A stretch of DNA of 64,000 nucleotides from assembly GCA_034670305.1 (NCBI GenBank), contig JAXMNT010000005.1, positions 96,001 to 160,000 on the forward strand, in the 5' to 3' direction. This document shows positions 55,527 through 64,000 of this stretch, in pieces; the first letter of the stretch is position 1; the number at the start of each line of letters is the position of its first letter. This stretch comes from Deltaproteobacteria bacterium (lineage in GTDB: Bacteria; Myxococcota_A; Polyangia; Polyangiales; Houyiibacteriaceae). The notes beneath the pieces are model-generated. The model did no database searches and was not told the origin of the DNA. It saw nothing but the letters and a program-made list of their open reading frames with translations. The position numbers were made by a program, and so were the translations under genes.

Positions 55527-56225
55527 CTAACAGCACGCGTCGCGGTCGGGACTGCGTCGTGCGAAGCCGACGACGCGCTTCCGTGCGTCGAGTTCTACGT
55601 GGCAACATTGAAGCAACGCTGCGCGCAGTTCGGCGCGGCCCCGTTGCACCCGGCTGCTGATCGTCGATCGCGGGACCCCGAGCGCGCGCGCGACTTCGCC
55701 GTGGGTCTTGCCCTCGAGCTCGCAGGCCCGCACCGCGTGGGCGAGATCGAGCGGGAGCCGGTCGACGGCGGCTCGAAGCCACGCCGCGAGCAGAACGCCC
55801 GGGTCGGGGGACTCGACGTTTGGTTCGGCCGCACGCCCATCCAGTGCCACGGCCGCTGAAGCACGCGGTTCTTTGGCGGTCTTGCGGTGGTGGTCTGCGA
55901 CGACCGTCCGCGCGACGTTGCGCGCATAGGCGGCTTCGTTGCGGATGGATCCGGAGCGGGCGATCAGACGGGTGAAGATGTCCTGCACCAGGTCTTCGAC
56001 GTGGGCCGGCGGGACCCGCCCCCCGACCCAGCGCACGAGCTGTGCGCGCAGGTCGGGGAGTGCCGGCGGCTCGGCCCCTTCCGGGTCGATGGCTGCGTCG
56101 ATGCCTTCGGTCGGGTCGGTGGCGGTCGGGTCGGTGGCGGTCGGGTCGGTGGCGGTCGGGTCGGTGGCGGTGGCGGGAAGGGCGTGGTGATCAACCACAG
56201 CAGCGGGCTTTTTCGGTTTCGGCAT
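55527..56225 (-). CDS. SigZ-like ECF sigma factor with Cys-rich C-terminus
   Basis: EDLVQDIF, STISSRVQRGR, LLQCCHVELD...DACC; true start probably near the upstream stop. Confidence 0.8.
   Translation of the reverse strand: MPKPKKPAAVVDHHALPATATDPTATDPTATDPTATDPTEGIDAAIDPEGAEPPALPDLRAQLVRWVGGRVPPAHVEDLVQDIFTRLIARSGSIRNEAAYARNVARTVVADHHRKTAKEPRASAAVALDGRAAEPNVESPDPGVLLAAWLRAAVDRLPLDLAHAVRACELEGKTHGEVARALGVPRSTISSRVQRGRAELRAALLQCCHVELDARKRVVGFARRSPDRDACC
56109..56168. repeat. 15-bp tandem repeat x4 encoding ATDPT
   Basis: GGTCGGGTCGGTGGC x4. Confidence 0.9.
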
Positions 56226-56658
56226 CTTCGATCGGATCCGGGAGGGAGTGTACGGCAGCCTCGTCGAGCACGACGAACACCTCCCACCGGTGGCCGTCCG
56301 GGTCGATGGCCCAGACCTTGTCCTGCACCGAGAAGCAGCAGGTCACGCCTTCTTCGTCCATGGTCGCGAAGCCGGCCGCTTTGACCCGGCCGTGCGCGGC
56401 GATCACCTCGGCGCGGGTCTTCACCTGGATGCCGAAGTGGTCCGCGCCGCGGCTCGGGGTGGTCTCCTTGGTCTCGTTGAGCGAGAGGTTGAGCGGCGGC
56501 GAGGTGGTCTCGAACTTTGCGTAGCCGGGGCGCTCCTTGACCGGGTCGGACCCGAGCAAGACCCGGTAGAAGGCGGTGGCGGCGGCGAGGTCGCGCACGC
56601 CGAGGCCGATGTGGGGACGGGTGTCGGTGGGAAAGTCGATGATGCTGTCGATGGTCAT
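56191..56658 (-). CDS. ArsI/CadI family VOC metalloenzyme
   Basis: HIGLGV, PGYAKF, PPLNLSL, HFGIQV, TCCFSVQDKVW..DPDG..WEVF. Confidence 0.9.
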   Translation of the reverse strand: MTIDSIIDFPTDTRPHIGLGVRDLAAATAFYRVLLGSDPVKERPGYAKFETTSPPLNLSLNETKETTPSRGADHFGIQVKTRAEVIAAHGRVKAAGFATMDEEGVTCCFSVQDKVWAIDPDGHRWEVFVVLDEAAVHSLPDPIEDAETEKARCCG

Positions 56659-56816
56659 GTCGATGGCTCCTGCGTTGGGGAAGGACGGGGCCGGTCTCCC
56701 CGCGTGTACAATCCAAGACGCAGATCACTGCGGACGGACGACGAAAAACCGCTCGGCGTTTCTGGTTTCCGTGCCGCGTCCCAACCCGCGCTGTGGTGGG
56801 CCGGGGTTCGCTGGGC

Positions 56817-57695
56817 TCAGTGGCTCGACTTCGGTCTGGCGCTCGCGAAGGACAGCGCGACCGCGCTGAGGACGATCGCGCAGCCAGCGGCCGTCCAGAG
56901 CGAGGGCGTCTCCGCGAGCCAGATCCAGGCAAGGAAGGTCGACCCCACCGGCTCGAACACCGTGGCGAGTCCGATGGTGGTCGGGGTCAAGGAACGCAGC
57001 GCGAAGGTGATGCTGCTGTGCCCGATGAGCTGCGGCACGAGCGCCGAGAGCACGATGAACCCCCCCGACTCGACCGTGGGGACCTCGAGCGGGACCCCGA
57101 GCCCGACCGCGGTGCCGAGCAAGAGCAGACCGCCGACGGCGCAGGCGATGCCGGTGAACGCGAAGGGATCGACCGGCCCGAGGTCGCGCACGAGGAGCAG
57201 GTAGCCGACCATCGCGAGCGCGCCGAGAAAGGCCAAGAGATCACCGACGAGCGCGCCACCACCGGGCGCATCGTGGGCGATGACGAGCACGCCGACCACG
57301 CCGACCGCGATCGCGGCCCACTGGGTCCGGGTCGGTTGGTCGCGTCCCCGGAGCGAGGCGATGACCGCGAGCAAGAGCGGGGTCGCGGTCACGAGGGTCA
57401 CCGCTGCGGCCACGCTGGTGAGCGAGAGCGACCAGACCCAGGTTCCGAAGTGGAGCGCGTAGAAGAACCCGCCACCGAGAGCGGCGCGCCGGACCCGTGG
57501 ACTCAGCGAGGACCAACGGCGCCAGACCCAGGGCGCGAGGACCAGCGCCGCCAACGCGAGGCGGCCGCCGGCAGCGACGAGCGGGTGGGCGGGCGCAGCT
57601 TTGCGGAAGAAGATCGCCGCGAACGAGATCGCGACCACGCCGATGCCCAGCGCGATGACTGGCAGACGCTCGCGCAGGTGAAGGGTGGCCGGCAC
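56817..57695 (-). CDS. DMT/EamA family transporter
   Basis: ISFAAIF, GDLLAF.GA, QLIGHS, EPVGS; about 10 TMs. Confidence 0.9.
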   Translation of the reverse strand: MPATLHLRERLPVIALGIGVVAISFAAIFFRKAAPAHPLVAAGGRLALAALVLAPWVWRRWSSLSPRVRRAALGGGFFYALHFGTWVWSLSLTSVAAAVTLVTATPLLLAVIASLRGRDQPTRTQWAAIAVGVVGVLVIAHDAPGGGALVGDLLAFLGALAMVGYLLLVRDLGPVDPFAFTGIACAVGGLLLLGTAVGLGVPLEVPTVESGGFIVLSALVPQLIGHSSITFALRSLTPTTIGLATVFEPVGSTFLAWIWLAETPSLWTAAGCAIVLSAVALSFASARPKSSH

Positions 57696-57785
57696 GCGCC
57701 GGAGGCTGCGGCAAAAGAGACGGCCGGTCGAGAGTGCGCCGGCGGCTTGCGCCCCGAAAGAATCAGAGACCCACCGGCACGGGCC

Positions 57786-58442
57786 TCAGCGGCCGCGGAG
57801 CTCGGCGATCTTGCGTTCGACGGCGCCGCGGTCCGGTGCGTCGGGACGGGCGCGGATGTACTCACGGAAGTAGTCGATCGCATCGCGTCGGCTGCCGAGC
57901 AGTTCGGACGTCACCGCGAGGTTGTAGAGGACTTCAGGGAGCGGCGCGAAGCGGTGGGCGGCGATGAACGCGACCATCGCGGCTTCGTACTGCTGGCGGC
58001 GGAACATCGCGACGCCTCGGAGGAAGAACACCCGCGCTTCCTGGGTCAGCTCGTCGTCGGATGGCGGGAGGGTGAACACCTGATCGCGGGCGCGGGTCCG
58101 GGCTTCGCGGAGCGCGGCGATGCGGGCTTGGATGTCGGCCCGTTCGGGCGCTTCGAGGGTGCCGCGGCGCAGGTAGATCCGGAAGTAGCGGATCGCCTGG
58201 TCGTACTCGCTCATGCGCTCGTACACGCGGGCGACATTGAACGCGAGCTCCGGAGCGTTGGTCAGCTCGTAGGCCGCGCGCATCTTGGTCGCCGCCTCTG
58301 CGAACCGACCGCCGTCGTAGTGCGCCTGACCCTCCATGTAGAGGGCGCGGGCGCGCGCCACGCGGTCCGCGGGTTGGGCGAGGGCCGAACCGGCGAAGAC
58401 GAGGCCGGCCAGAACAAGGGCGGCGGAGATGGAGAAGCGCAT
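57786..58442 (-). CDS. secreted TPR protein
   Basis: Signal peptide; duplicated G..Y..A...F..A...P....N.A TPR units. Confidence 0.85.
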   Translation of the reverse strand: MRFSISAALVLAGLVFAGSALAQPADRVARARALYMEGQAHYDGGRFAEAATKMRAAYELTNAPELAFNVARVYERMSEYDQAIRYFRIYLRRGTLEAPERADIQARIAALREARTRARDQVFTLPPSDDELTQEARVFFLRGVAMFRRQQYEAAMVAFIAAHRFAPLPEVLYNLAVTSELLGSRRDAIDYFREYIRARPDAPDRGAVERKIAELRGR

Positions 58443-58545
58443 CGAACCCTAGACTGCCACGGGGACCGGTTGATTCACCAGGAGGTCGGAGGGGCCGGTC
58501 CCGTGCCGGCCCGATTCAAGCCGGCGCTCCGTTGGTTCGCGCCGC

Positions 58546-58815
58546 TTATTCCGCGGCTTTGCGTTTCTCGCGCTCGAGGCTCTGCTCCATCTTGCGCAGG
58601 GAACGTTTGAGCTCTCGCACTTCTTTCTTGGTGGCGAGGTTGAGGCTGCGGGCGACCTTGTCGATGCGCTCGTCCAGGTTGTCCTGGAGCTGTCCGCGCA
58701 ACTGGATGGCCTTCATCATGCCCTTCATCACCCGCTCGTCTTGCATGAGTTTGGACACCCGGGGGTCCTGCATCAGCTCGAACGACTTCTTCGTCACAAA
58801 ATCCTTCAGCGCCAC
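58546..58815 (-). CDS. small helical protein (phasin-like)
   Basis: AAGGAG RBS; LNLATKKEVREL motif; coiled-coil. Confidence 0.7.
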   Translation of the reverse strand: MALKDFVTKKSFELMQDPRVSKLMQDERVMKGMMKAIQLRGQLQDNLDERIDKVARSLNLATKKEVRELKRSLRKMEQSLEREKRKAAE

Positions 58816-58892
58816 GTTCTCTCCTTCGACCCCCGTTGGGCGCGCGATCGCAACGCCGCCCTGTTCATAGCACTTCTCTTATTTGCGTCACG

Positions 58893-59145
58893 GGCCTGGC
58901 TCGCTTCGCGAGACTGGCGGCCCTAATTCGGCGTCCAGAGCACATCGACGTGCTCGCCGCCTGAGGTGGCGACGCGGAAGAAGCGCTTGAGGACACTTGG
59001 CGGCTCCGCGCGGTCGATGCACTCCCGCCGCCTCTATGACGCGCTTGCAGTTGCTCGCCCTGCGGGCTGCGCAGGTGCACGGGCGGAGATGCCTGACTCG
59101 CTGGCGCTGTTCGAGGCCTGGCTCGCTTCGCGAGACTGGCGGCCC
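58893..59145. repeat. 31-bp REP-like direct repeat pair
   Basis: GGCCTGGCTCGCTTCGCGAGACTGGCGGCCC at 58893 and 59115. Confidence 0.8.
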
Positions 59146-59160
59146 CGATGTCGCGGCCGG

Positions 59161-60627
59161 TCAGGGTTCGCAGTGGTGGGGGAAGAGCTCGTGAATGACT
59201 TTGCCGAGGCGGCCGCGCATGTCGCCACCCTTCTGGACGAAGTGGTGCATGCCGAGCTGGTGCAAGAGCTGCAGGTCGTGCTCCTGGGCGCCCGCGCTCA
59301 CGCTGACGATCTTCGCGTCGTCGGCCAGCCGTTCGCTCCGAAGCCGCATGCAGACCTCGACCCCGGTCATGCGCGGCATGTGGATGTCGAGCAAGATCAG
59401 GTCCGGTTCGCGTTCGCGAATCTTCGACAGCGCTTCGATGCCATCGCTCGCCCGTCGCAGCACGCACTCGCTGTGGGTGACCTTGGTCACGTAGAAGACG
59501 AGCAGCTTCGCGATCGCGTCGTCGTCTTCCACGATGAGCACGTCGAGCGGCTTGAACTGCTCGACCTCGACCCCGAGCTCTTCGTCGGTCGGAAGGTGCA
59601 TTGGCGTGGGGCGGTGGTCGCGCGGCAGGAGCGAGCGCCGGTCCGTCAGGACGTTCTTGCGAAGCCCCTTGGCGAGGTTGGTCAGCTGAAGCGCGAGCGC
59701 TTCGGTGCCCTGTGGTCGGTCGCGCGGATCGAACGCCAGCATCTCTCGAAGGAGTGTGTCGAAGGCGCGGGGCGCGTCCCGTCGACTGTCGCGCAACTTG
59801 GGGCTCGTCAGCGACGCATGGGAGGCCATGACTTCCTCGAGGGTGCTGCCCGGGAACGGACGCTCCCCGACGAGCATCTCGTAGGTCATCACGCCGAGCG
59901 CGAAGATGTCGCTCAAACGCGCGCCCTTCGGCGCCACCCGGCCGAGCATGGCTTCGGGCGCCATGTACGGAGGCGAGCCCACCACCATCGGCACTTCGGT
60001 CTGATTCGAGTCGGACACCAGCCCGAAGTCCATCAGCACCACTCGATGGTCGGGGGTCAGCATGACGTTGGCGGGTTTCACGTCGCGGTGGGCCAACCCG
60101 GCGCGGTGGACGATCGCCAACCCACCGGCGAGCTCGGCCATCACCTCGATGACCTCGAGCACGCCGAAGGTCTCATGGGCCTCTCGGCGCGTCTTGATGT
60201 GGCGGGCGAGGTCCATGCCGTAGATGCGCTCGAGCACCATGAAGTCGATGTCTTCGTGGGTCGCGAGGGTGTGCACGGTCACGAGACTCGGGTGTCGGAA
60301 GGCCGCCAGCGCGCGCGCTTCCTGCTCCAGCGCGGGCACGTTCTCGTCGGGCCAGATCGCCTTGATGGCGACCACTCGGTCGAGGCGTACGTCGAGTGCC
60401 TCGAAGACCTGACCCATGCCGCCCTCGCCGAGGAGGGAGCGGATCTCGTACTGCCCAGCCACCCGGTCGCCGACCTGGAAGAGCGGTGGGCGGGGTCCGT
60501 GGGTGACGATGGCTGGGAACGCCTGCGAGGGGGGCGCCGCCTCGGGCACGGTCGCCTGGCGCGGGATGTCGGTCTTCGGCGGTCGCGTGGTCGGGCGTGG
60601 AGGCGTGCGGGTGGGTCGCGCGCGCAA
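59161..60627 (-). CDS. Ser/Thr protein kinase fused to a C-terminal receiver domain
   Basis: LGEGGMGQV, VAIK, HRDVKPAN, DFG, APE; VEDD...LLDIHMP...K receiver; start uncertain (TTG 60627 suggested). Confidence 0.85.
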   Translation of the reverse strand: MRARPTRTPPRPTTRPPKTDIPRQATVPEAAPPSQAFPAIVTHGPRPPLFQVGDRVAGQYEIRSLLGEGGMGQVFEALDVRLDRVVAIKAIWPDENVPALEQEARALAAFRHPSLVTVHTLATHEDIDFMVLERIYGMDLARHIKTRREAHETFGVLEVIEVMAELAGGLAIVHRAGLAHRDVKPANVMLTPDHRVVLMDFGLVSDSNQTEVPMVVGSPPYMAPEAMLGRVAPKGARLSDIFALGVMTYEMLVGERPFPGSTLEEVMASHASLTSPKLRDSRRDAPRAFDTLLREMLAFDPRDRPQGTEALALQLTNLAKGLRKNVLTDRRSLLPRDHRPTPMHLPTDEELGVEVEQFKPLDVLIVEDDDAIAKLLVFYVTKVTHSECVLRRASDGIEALSKIREREPDLILLDIHMPRMTGVEVCMRLRSERLADDAKIVSVSAGAQEHDLQLLHQLGMHHFVQKGGDMRGRLGKVIHELFPHHCEP

Positions 60628-60925
60628 GCGCTCCCCACCAGGCCCTTTGGTGACTCGGTCGTCGTCCGCGATGGGCGCAAGATACCCTGGAATCGGGCCG
60701 GCGGAACCCCGAACGCCAGTGTTCTCACCTACTTGAAATATCGTCTCTCGCGCGGGAGGCTTTGGGCCCGCGCAGGAGCGAAGCGACGAGCAGGTCCAGA
60801 GCCGTTTTCGAGGGTTCGGAAAGCCGAAGGCGTCCGAGCCCGCAGAAACCCCGCGAGAGACCAGAAATATTCGCCGCACAGAGGCCGTAGCGATCTGTGT
60901 GACCAGCGCTACGCTTCCTCGCCGC

Positions 60926-61423
60926 ATGCCCCGTTCCTCCTCAGCCCGCGCGGACCGCACCGCCGACGTCTCAGTCGACGAGAGCGAGTCGCTGCGCAGC
61001 AAGTACCCGACGATGACCGGCATGGTCCGTTTGCTGGACGACTGGGGCCTCGACGCAGGTCTCGGCTTCATCCTGCCCGGCGTGGGCGATGTCGTGACGG
61101 GCACCGGCTCGATCGCGCTGCTCTTCACCGCGGTCAAGGAGCGGGTCCCGACGGTCATCCTGTTCCGGATGCTGCTCAACATCCTGGTGGATGTGATCTT
61201 CGGCATCGTGCCGGTCGTCGGGGATCTCTTCGATCTCTTCTTCCGCTGCAACCGCCGGAACCTCGATCTCATCGACCGCTACCGAGACGGGGACGAAGAT
61301 CCGTCGTTCGCGGACTACGCGCTCGTCACCGTCGGCGTGCTGCTCGTGTGCGCCGCGGTGGTGATCCCGATCTACTTCCTCTTTGGTCTGAGCAGCGGCA
61401 TCGCCGCTTGGCTTGCCAACTGA
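60926..61423 (+). CDS. DUF4112 family membrane protein
   Basis: GLD..LGFILPGVGD, RMLLN..VD..G.VPVVGDLFD..F..N.RN. Confidence 0.85.
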   Translation: MPRSSSARADRTADVSVDESESLRSKYPTMTGMVRLLDDWGLDAGLGFILPGVGDVVTGTGSIALLFTAVKERVPTVILFRMLLNILVDVIFGIVPVVGDLFDLFFRCNRRNLDLIDRYRDGDEDPSFADYALVTVGVLLVCAAVVIPIYFLFGLSSGIAAWLAN

Positions 61424-61442
61424 TCCACCCGGCTCCGCGGAC

Positions 61443-62567
61443 TCAGAGCGGGGAGAGGCGGAGGATGCGGGAGTCGACCGCGTCGACGAAGAGCAGGTCG
61501 CCGTTCGGTGCGAACTCGATGCCCATGAGCGCGCCGGGTGCGACCGTCGTCGACAGGTCGAGCCAGTCGACGAGCGCGCCGTCCATCGTGAACGCGAAGA
61601 GGCGCGAGGTGGCGTTGTCGGAGACGAAGATCATCCCGTCCCGAATCGCCAGGCCGGAGGGCCGCTCGAGCCCTTCGACGGTGCCTGCCGGCACGACGTT
61701 TTCGACGACGGCGCCGTCCATCATGCGCAGAGTCGAGATCCCATCGTAGTTGGGTCCGATCGTGCGGCCGGGGCTGCCGGTCGCGATGTCGAGCCGGCCG
61801 ATCCGACCGTTCCCGGTGTCCGCGACGTAGAGCATGCCGCCGGAGACCACCATGTGGGAGGAGACGTCGGGCACGTACGCGACCTGGCCTTCGGCGAAGC
61901 GCTCGATGATGCCGTCCGAGTGGTCGACGTTGCCCGGCCCGTGGTCCTCGACGAAGTCGTAGCGGGTGAGGGAGTTGTGCATGCCGTCGAAGACCCAGTA
62001 GGCGTTGCCGGTCTCCCAAGCGATGCCGACGGAGTTCGGGCTGTTGTGCAGCATGTCGAGGTGGCTCGCGTGGCCCGCGTCGAAGAGATCCATGTCGGTC
62101 GGCCAGAGGGTCGGTCCCATGAAGTCGGTCGGCGACCCTTCCTGCGTCACCTCGTCGGTCTCGGGCGCGGTGGCGAACTGGTCGACGTCGTCGAACGCGA
62201 GCGCCGCCGGGCGGGACAGAAAGTGCTGCGAGCCTCCACCGTTGCGGCGTGACCAGTCCTGGGTCTCCATGCCCACATCGGAGAGGATGGTGACAAACCC
62301 ATCGTCGTTGACGATCCAGAGTTGGTTGTCGACCGTTGGGTGAAACGCGAGGTCGCGCGGCGCTCGGATCGCGTCGTCCAGCGTGGCGACCGTGCTCAGA
62401 CCCACCGCGTCGATGGCGTGGGAGCCGAAGCCCAGGATCGCCAGACCGGTCGGGCCGGCGTCGAGGTCGGTCGTGCTGTCGGCGGCGCCGGCGTCGGTCA
62501 GGTCGCCGACATCGTCTCCGCAGCCGAAGAGAGAGAGCAGAAGGGACGACAAGAGTACAAAGCGCAT
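61443..62567 (-). CDS. beta-propeller lipoprotein (NHL-like)
   Basis: LFGC lipobox; PRDLAFHP, LYVADTGNGRI, PSGLAI; conserved-looking DFMGPTLW and HLDMLH. Confidence 0.8.
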   Translation of the reverse strand: MRFVLLSSLLLSLFGCGDDVGDLTDAGAADSTTDLDAGPTGLAILGFGSHAIDAVGLSTVATLDDAIRAPRDLAFHPTVDNQLWIVNDDGFVTILSDVGMETQDWSRRNGGGSQHFLSRPAALAFDDVDQFATAPETDEVTQEGSPTDFMGPTLWPTDMDLFDAGHASHLDMLHNSPNSVGIAWETGNAYWVFDGMHNSLTRYDFVEDHGPGNVDHSDGIIERFAEGQVAYVPDVSSHMVVSGGMLYVADTGNGRIGRLDIATGSPGRTIGPNYDGISTLRMMDGAVVENVVPAGTVEGLERPSGLAIRDGMIFVSDNATSRLFAFTMDGALVDWLDLSTTVAPGALMGIEFAPNGDLLFVDAVDSRILRLSPL

Positions 62568-62669
62568 GCAAGGAGTTAGCACGCGGGCGATGGGCAGTCG
62601 AAATGCGCGATGCGTTTGCGGTGCGCGTCTATGAAACGCGTTCGCTGTGTTCGAGTCCCTCGGGGTCCC

Positions 62670-63896
62670 TCAGAACAGCGTGCCGTCGCTCTGGATGCGG
62701 ATCGGCGGGGTGGCGTCGGCCCGTTTCTCCCGCGCGATCTCGCGGCCCGCCTGCCAGGTGCCACCTTCGAGCACCTTCGCGAGCGGGAACGCGCGCTCGT
62801 CCACGCCGAGCCCTTTGCGCACGAGCTGCGCGACGCGGTCGAGCAACGCGACGGTGCATGCGCGCCACTCGACGACCACTTCGGAACCCGGTTCGTGCGC
62901 GTCGCCGAGGATGCCCTCGTGTTTGGGAACGAGCACCCCACCGTCCACGAAGAGGCCGCCGTTGCGGTACTCCGCGAGGCCTGTCAGCGCGTCGAGATCG
63001 AACACCTCGAAGCCGGCGCGCTCGAGCGGTTCGAGCAAGGAGTAGGTGAGCCACTGGCTGAGTTTGTGGAAGGGCACGAGCCCTTCGGTCGCGCCTTCGC
63101 CGCCTGCCTTGGGATGCCGCCACACGTCCCCGAGGTTGGCCGACTGCATCACGATGCGGTTGGGCCAGATGTTCGCGAAACGTTCGAGGACGAGATCGAA
63201 GACCGCTTTGGCCGGGATACGTTTGGTCGCGGCGTGGTGGCTCGCGAGGTCGTCGAAGAGCGCCCCGGGACGGTTCGCGCCGGTGCCCGAGGATGCGGGG
63301 AACGATCCGAGCGCGCGACCGAGTCCCTGCATGAGCGCGACCCGGCCCTCCATGCCGACGAGCGGGTTGTCCTCCGAGACCTGAAACCCAGCGGCGAGCT
63401 TCTCCGGGCTGAATGACTCGAGGCTCGTTCGGTCCGCCGTGAACGAAGCGGTCGAGCTGAGCGCGCCGCCGACGAAGAGGTGGTAGCTCGCGACGGCGAG
63501 CCCTTCGGAGCGCGTGTAGCGCGTGCCGTCTTCTTCGAAGCCCCAGCGTGGTCCCGCGCCCGCGTCGAGCAACACACTGGTCACGATCAGATCGAAGCGC
63601 GCGCGGCCTTGTTCGTCTTTGGGCAGCGGGCGGATGAGACGGTCGAAGTCGAGGACCCGATCGACGCCGCCAGCGCGAAAGTGGTTCCAGCGGCTGTGGT
63701 ACGGAATGTCCAGCTGGGGGTAGGTGCTCTGGGTGACTTCGACGACCCGATCGGCGACGTCTTCGAGCGCGTCGAGGTCGACCGAGAAATGTTCCAGTTC
63801 GTCTCGGAGGCCCGCCTCCAAGATGTTGTGGCAACGGCTTCGAATCGTCGCCGGATCGCGCAGCAACCGGACGTCGGGGCCCACCTCGGAGGTCAT
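62670..63896 (-). CDS. URC4/Urg3 family protein (DUF1688)
   Basis: IPYHSRWNHF, SVLLDAGAG, RSEGLAVAS, FHKLSQWLTYSL, LAEYRNGGL, SDGTLF. Confidence 0.92.
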   Translation of the reverse strand: MTSEVGPDVRLLRDPATIRSRCHNILEAGLRDELEHFSVDLDALEDVADRVVEVTQSTYPQLDIPYHSRWNHFRAGGVDRVLDFDRLIRPLPKDEQGRARFDLIVTSVLLDAGAGPRWGFEEDGTRYTRSEGLAVASYHLFVGGALSSTASFTADRTSLESFSPEKLAAGFQVSEDNPLVGMEGRVALMQGLGRALGSFPASSGTGANRPGALFDDLASHHAATKRIPAKAVFDLVLERFANIWPNRIVMQSANLGDVWRHPKAGGEGATEGLVPFHKLSQWLTYSLLEPLERAGFEVFDLDALTGLAEYRNGGLFVDGGVLVPKHEGILGDAHEPGSEVVVEWRACTVALLDRVAQLVRKGLGVDERAFPLAKVLEGGTWQAGREIAREKRADATPPIRIQSDGTLF

Positions 63897-64000
63897 GTGT
63901 GCACCACGGGCGGGCCGTTCTCGCCGCGCACGATGTCTTTGGACCGCTTCTCTCCCACGAACCCTCCGTGCGACCACGTCGCGACGCTCGGGTATGCCCG
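63893..64000 (-). CDS. 3' end of an upstream gene (partial)
   Basis: Open frame ...RAYPSVATWSHGGFVGEKRSKDIVRGENGPPVVHT*; its TGA overlaps the URC4 ATG (ATGA). Confidence 0.45.
   Translation of the reverse strand, partial: RAYPSVATWSHGGFVGEKRSKDIVRGENGPPVVHT

Noticed and set aside
60628-61272. Long N-terminal extension of the kinase
   Set aside because: It overlaps the convincing DUF4112 gene on the opposite strand.

Overview
GC-rich chromosomal segment, most likely from a myxobacterium (Myxococcota, Polyangiales-like). This is inferred from Cys-rich repeat lipoproteins, PEGA and Ser/Thr kinase genes and a Myxococcus-type LexA box. The window spans the replication-origin region: dnaA, dnaN and an oriC-like DnaA-box/unwinding cluster in a non-canonical order. 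It also holds an SOS mutasome cassette (imuA-imuB-dnaE2), a cobalamin-riboswitch BtuB locus, Pho-box-preceded phosphate uptake genes, murI, two ECF sigma modules and many secreted proteins. The most striking region is 26.6-32.9 kb. A 66-aa ubiquitin-like gene ending in Gly (not listed separately in the ORF track) is followed by a ~1-kb array of at least five structured RNAs. These share one conserved interrupted helix (TACA[C/T]AC motif) grafted onto tRNA-like bodies in three different topologies. Downstream lie a Ro60/TROVE-like vWA protein, a GATase-like-fold protein, a protein with an E2-like C-terminal Cys motif and a ThiF/E1 enzyme. This looks like a Ro60/Y-RNA (tRNA-mimic) ribonucleoprotein coupled to a ubiquitin-like conjugation system. 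The RNA structures are read directly from the sequence. The Ubl, E2 and functional assignments are inferences that need profile and structure searches, and I cannot check novelty against databases. A bipartite hexamer-repeat element, (GCTTCG/GCGTCG)n-(GGGCAA/GGGCAC)n, is dispersed throughout, including in-frame inside dnaE2.
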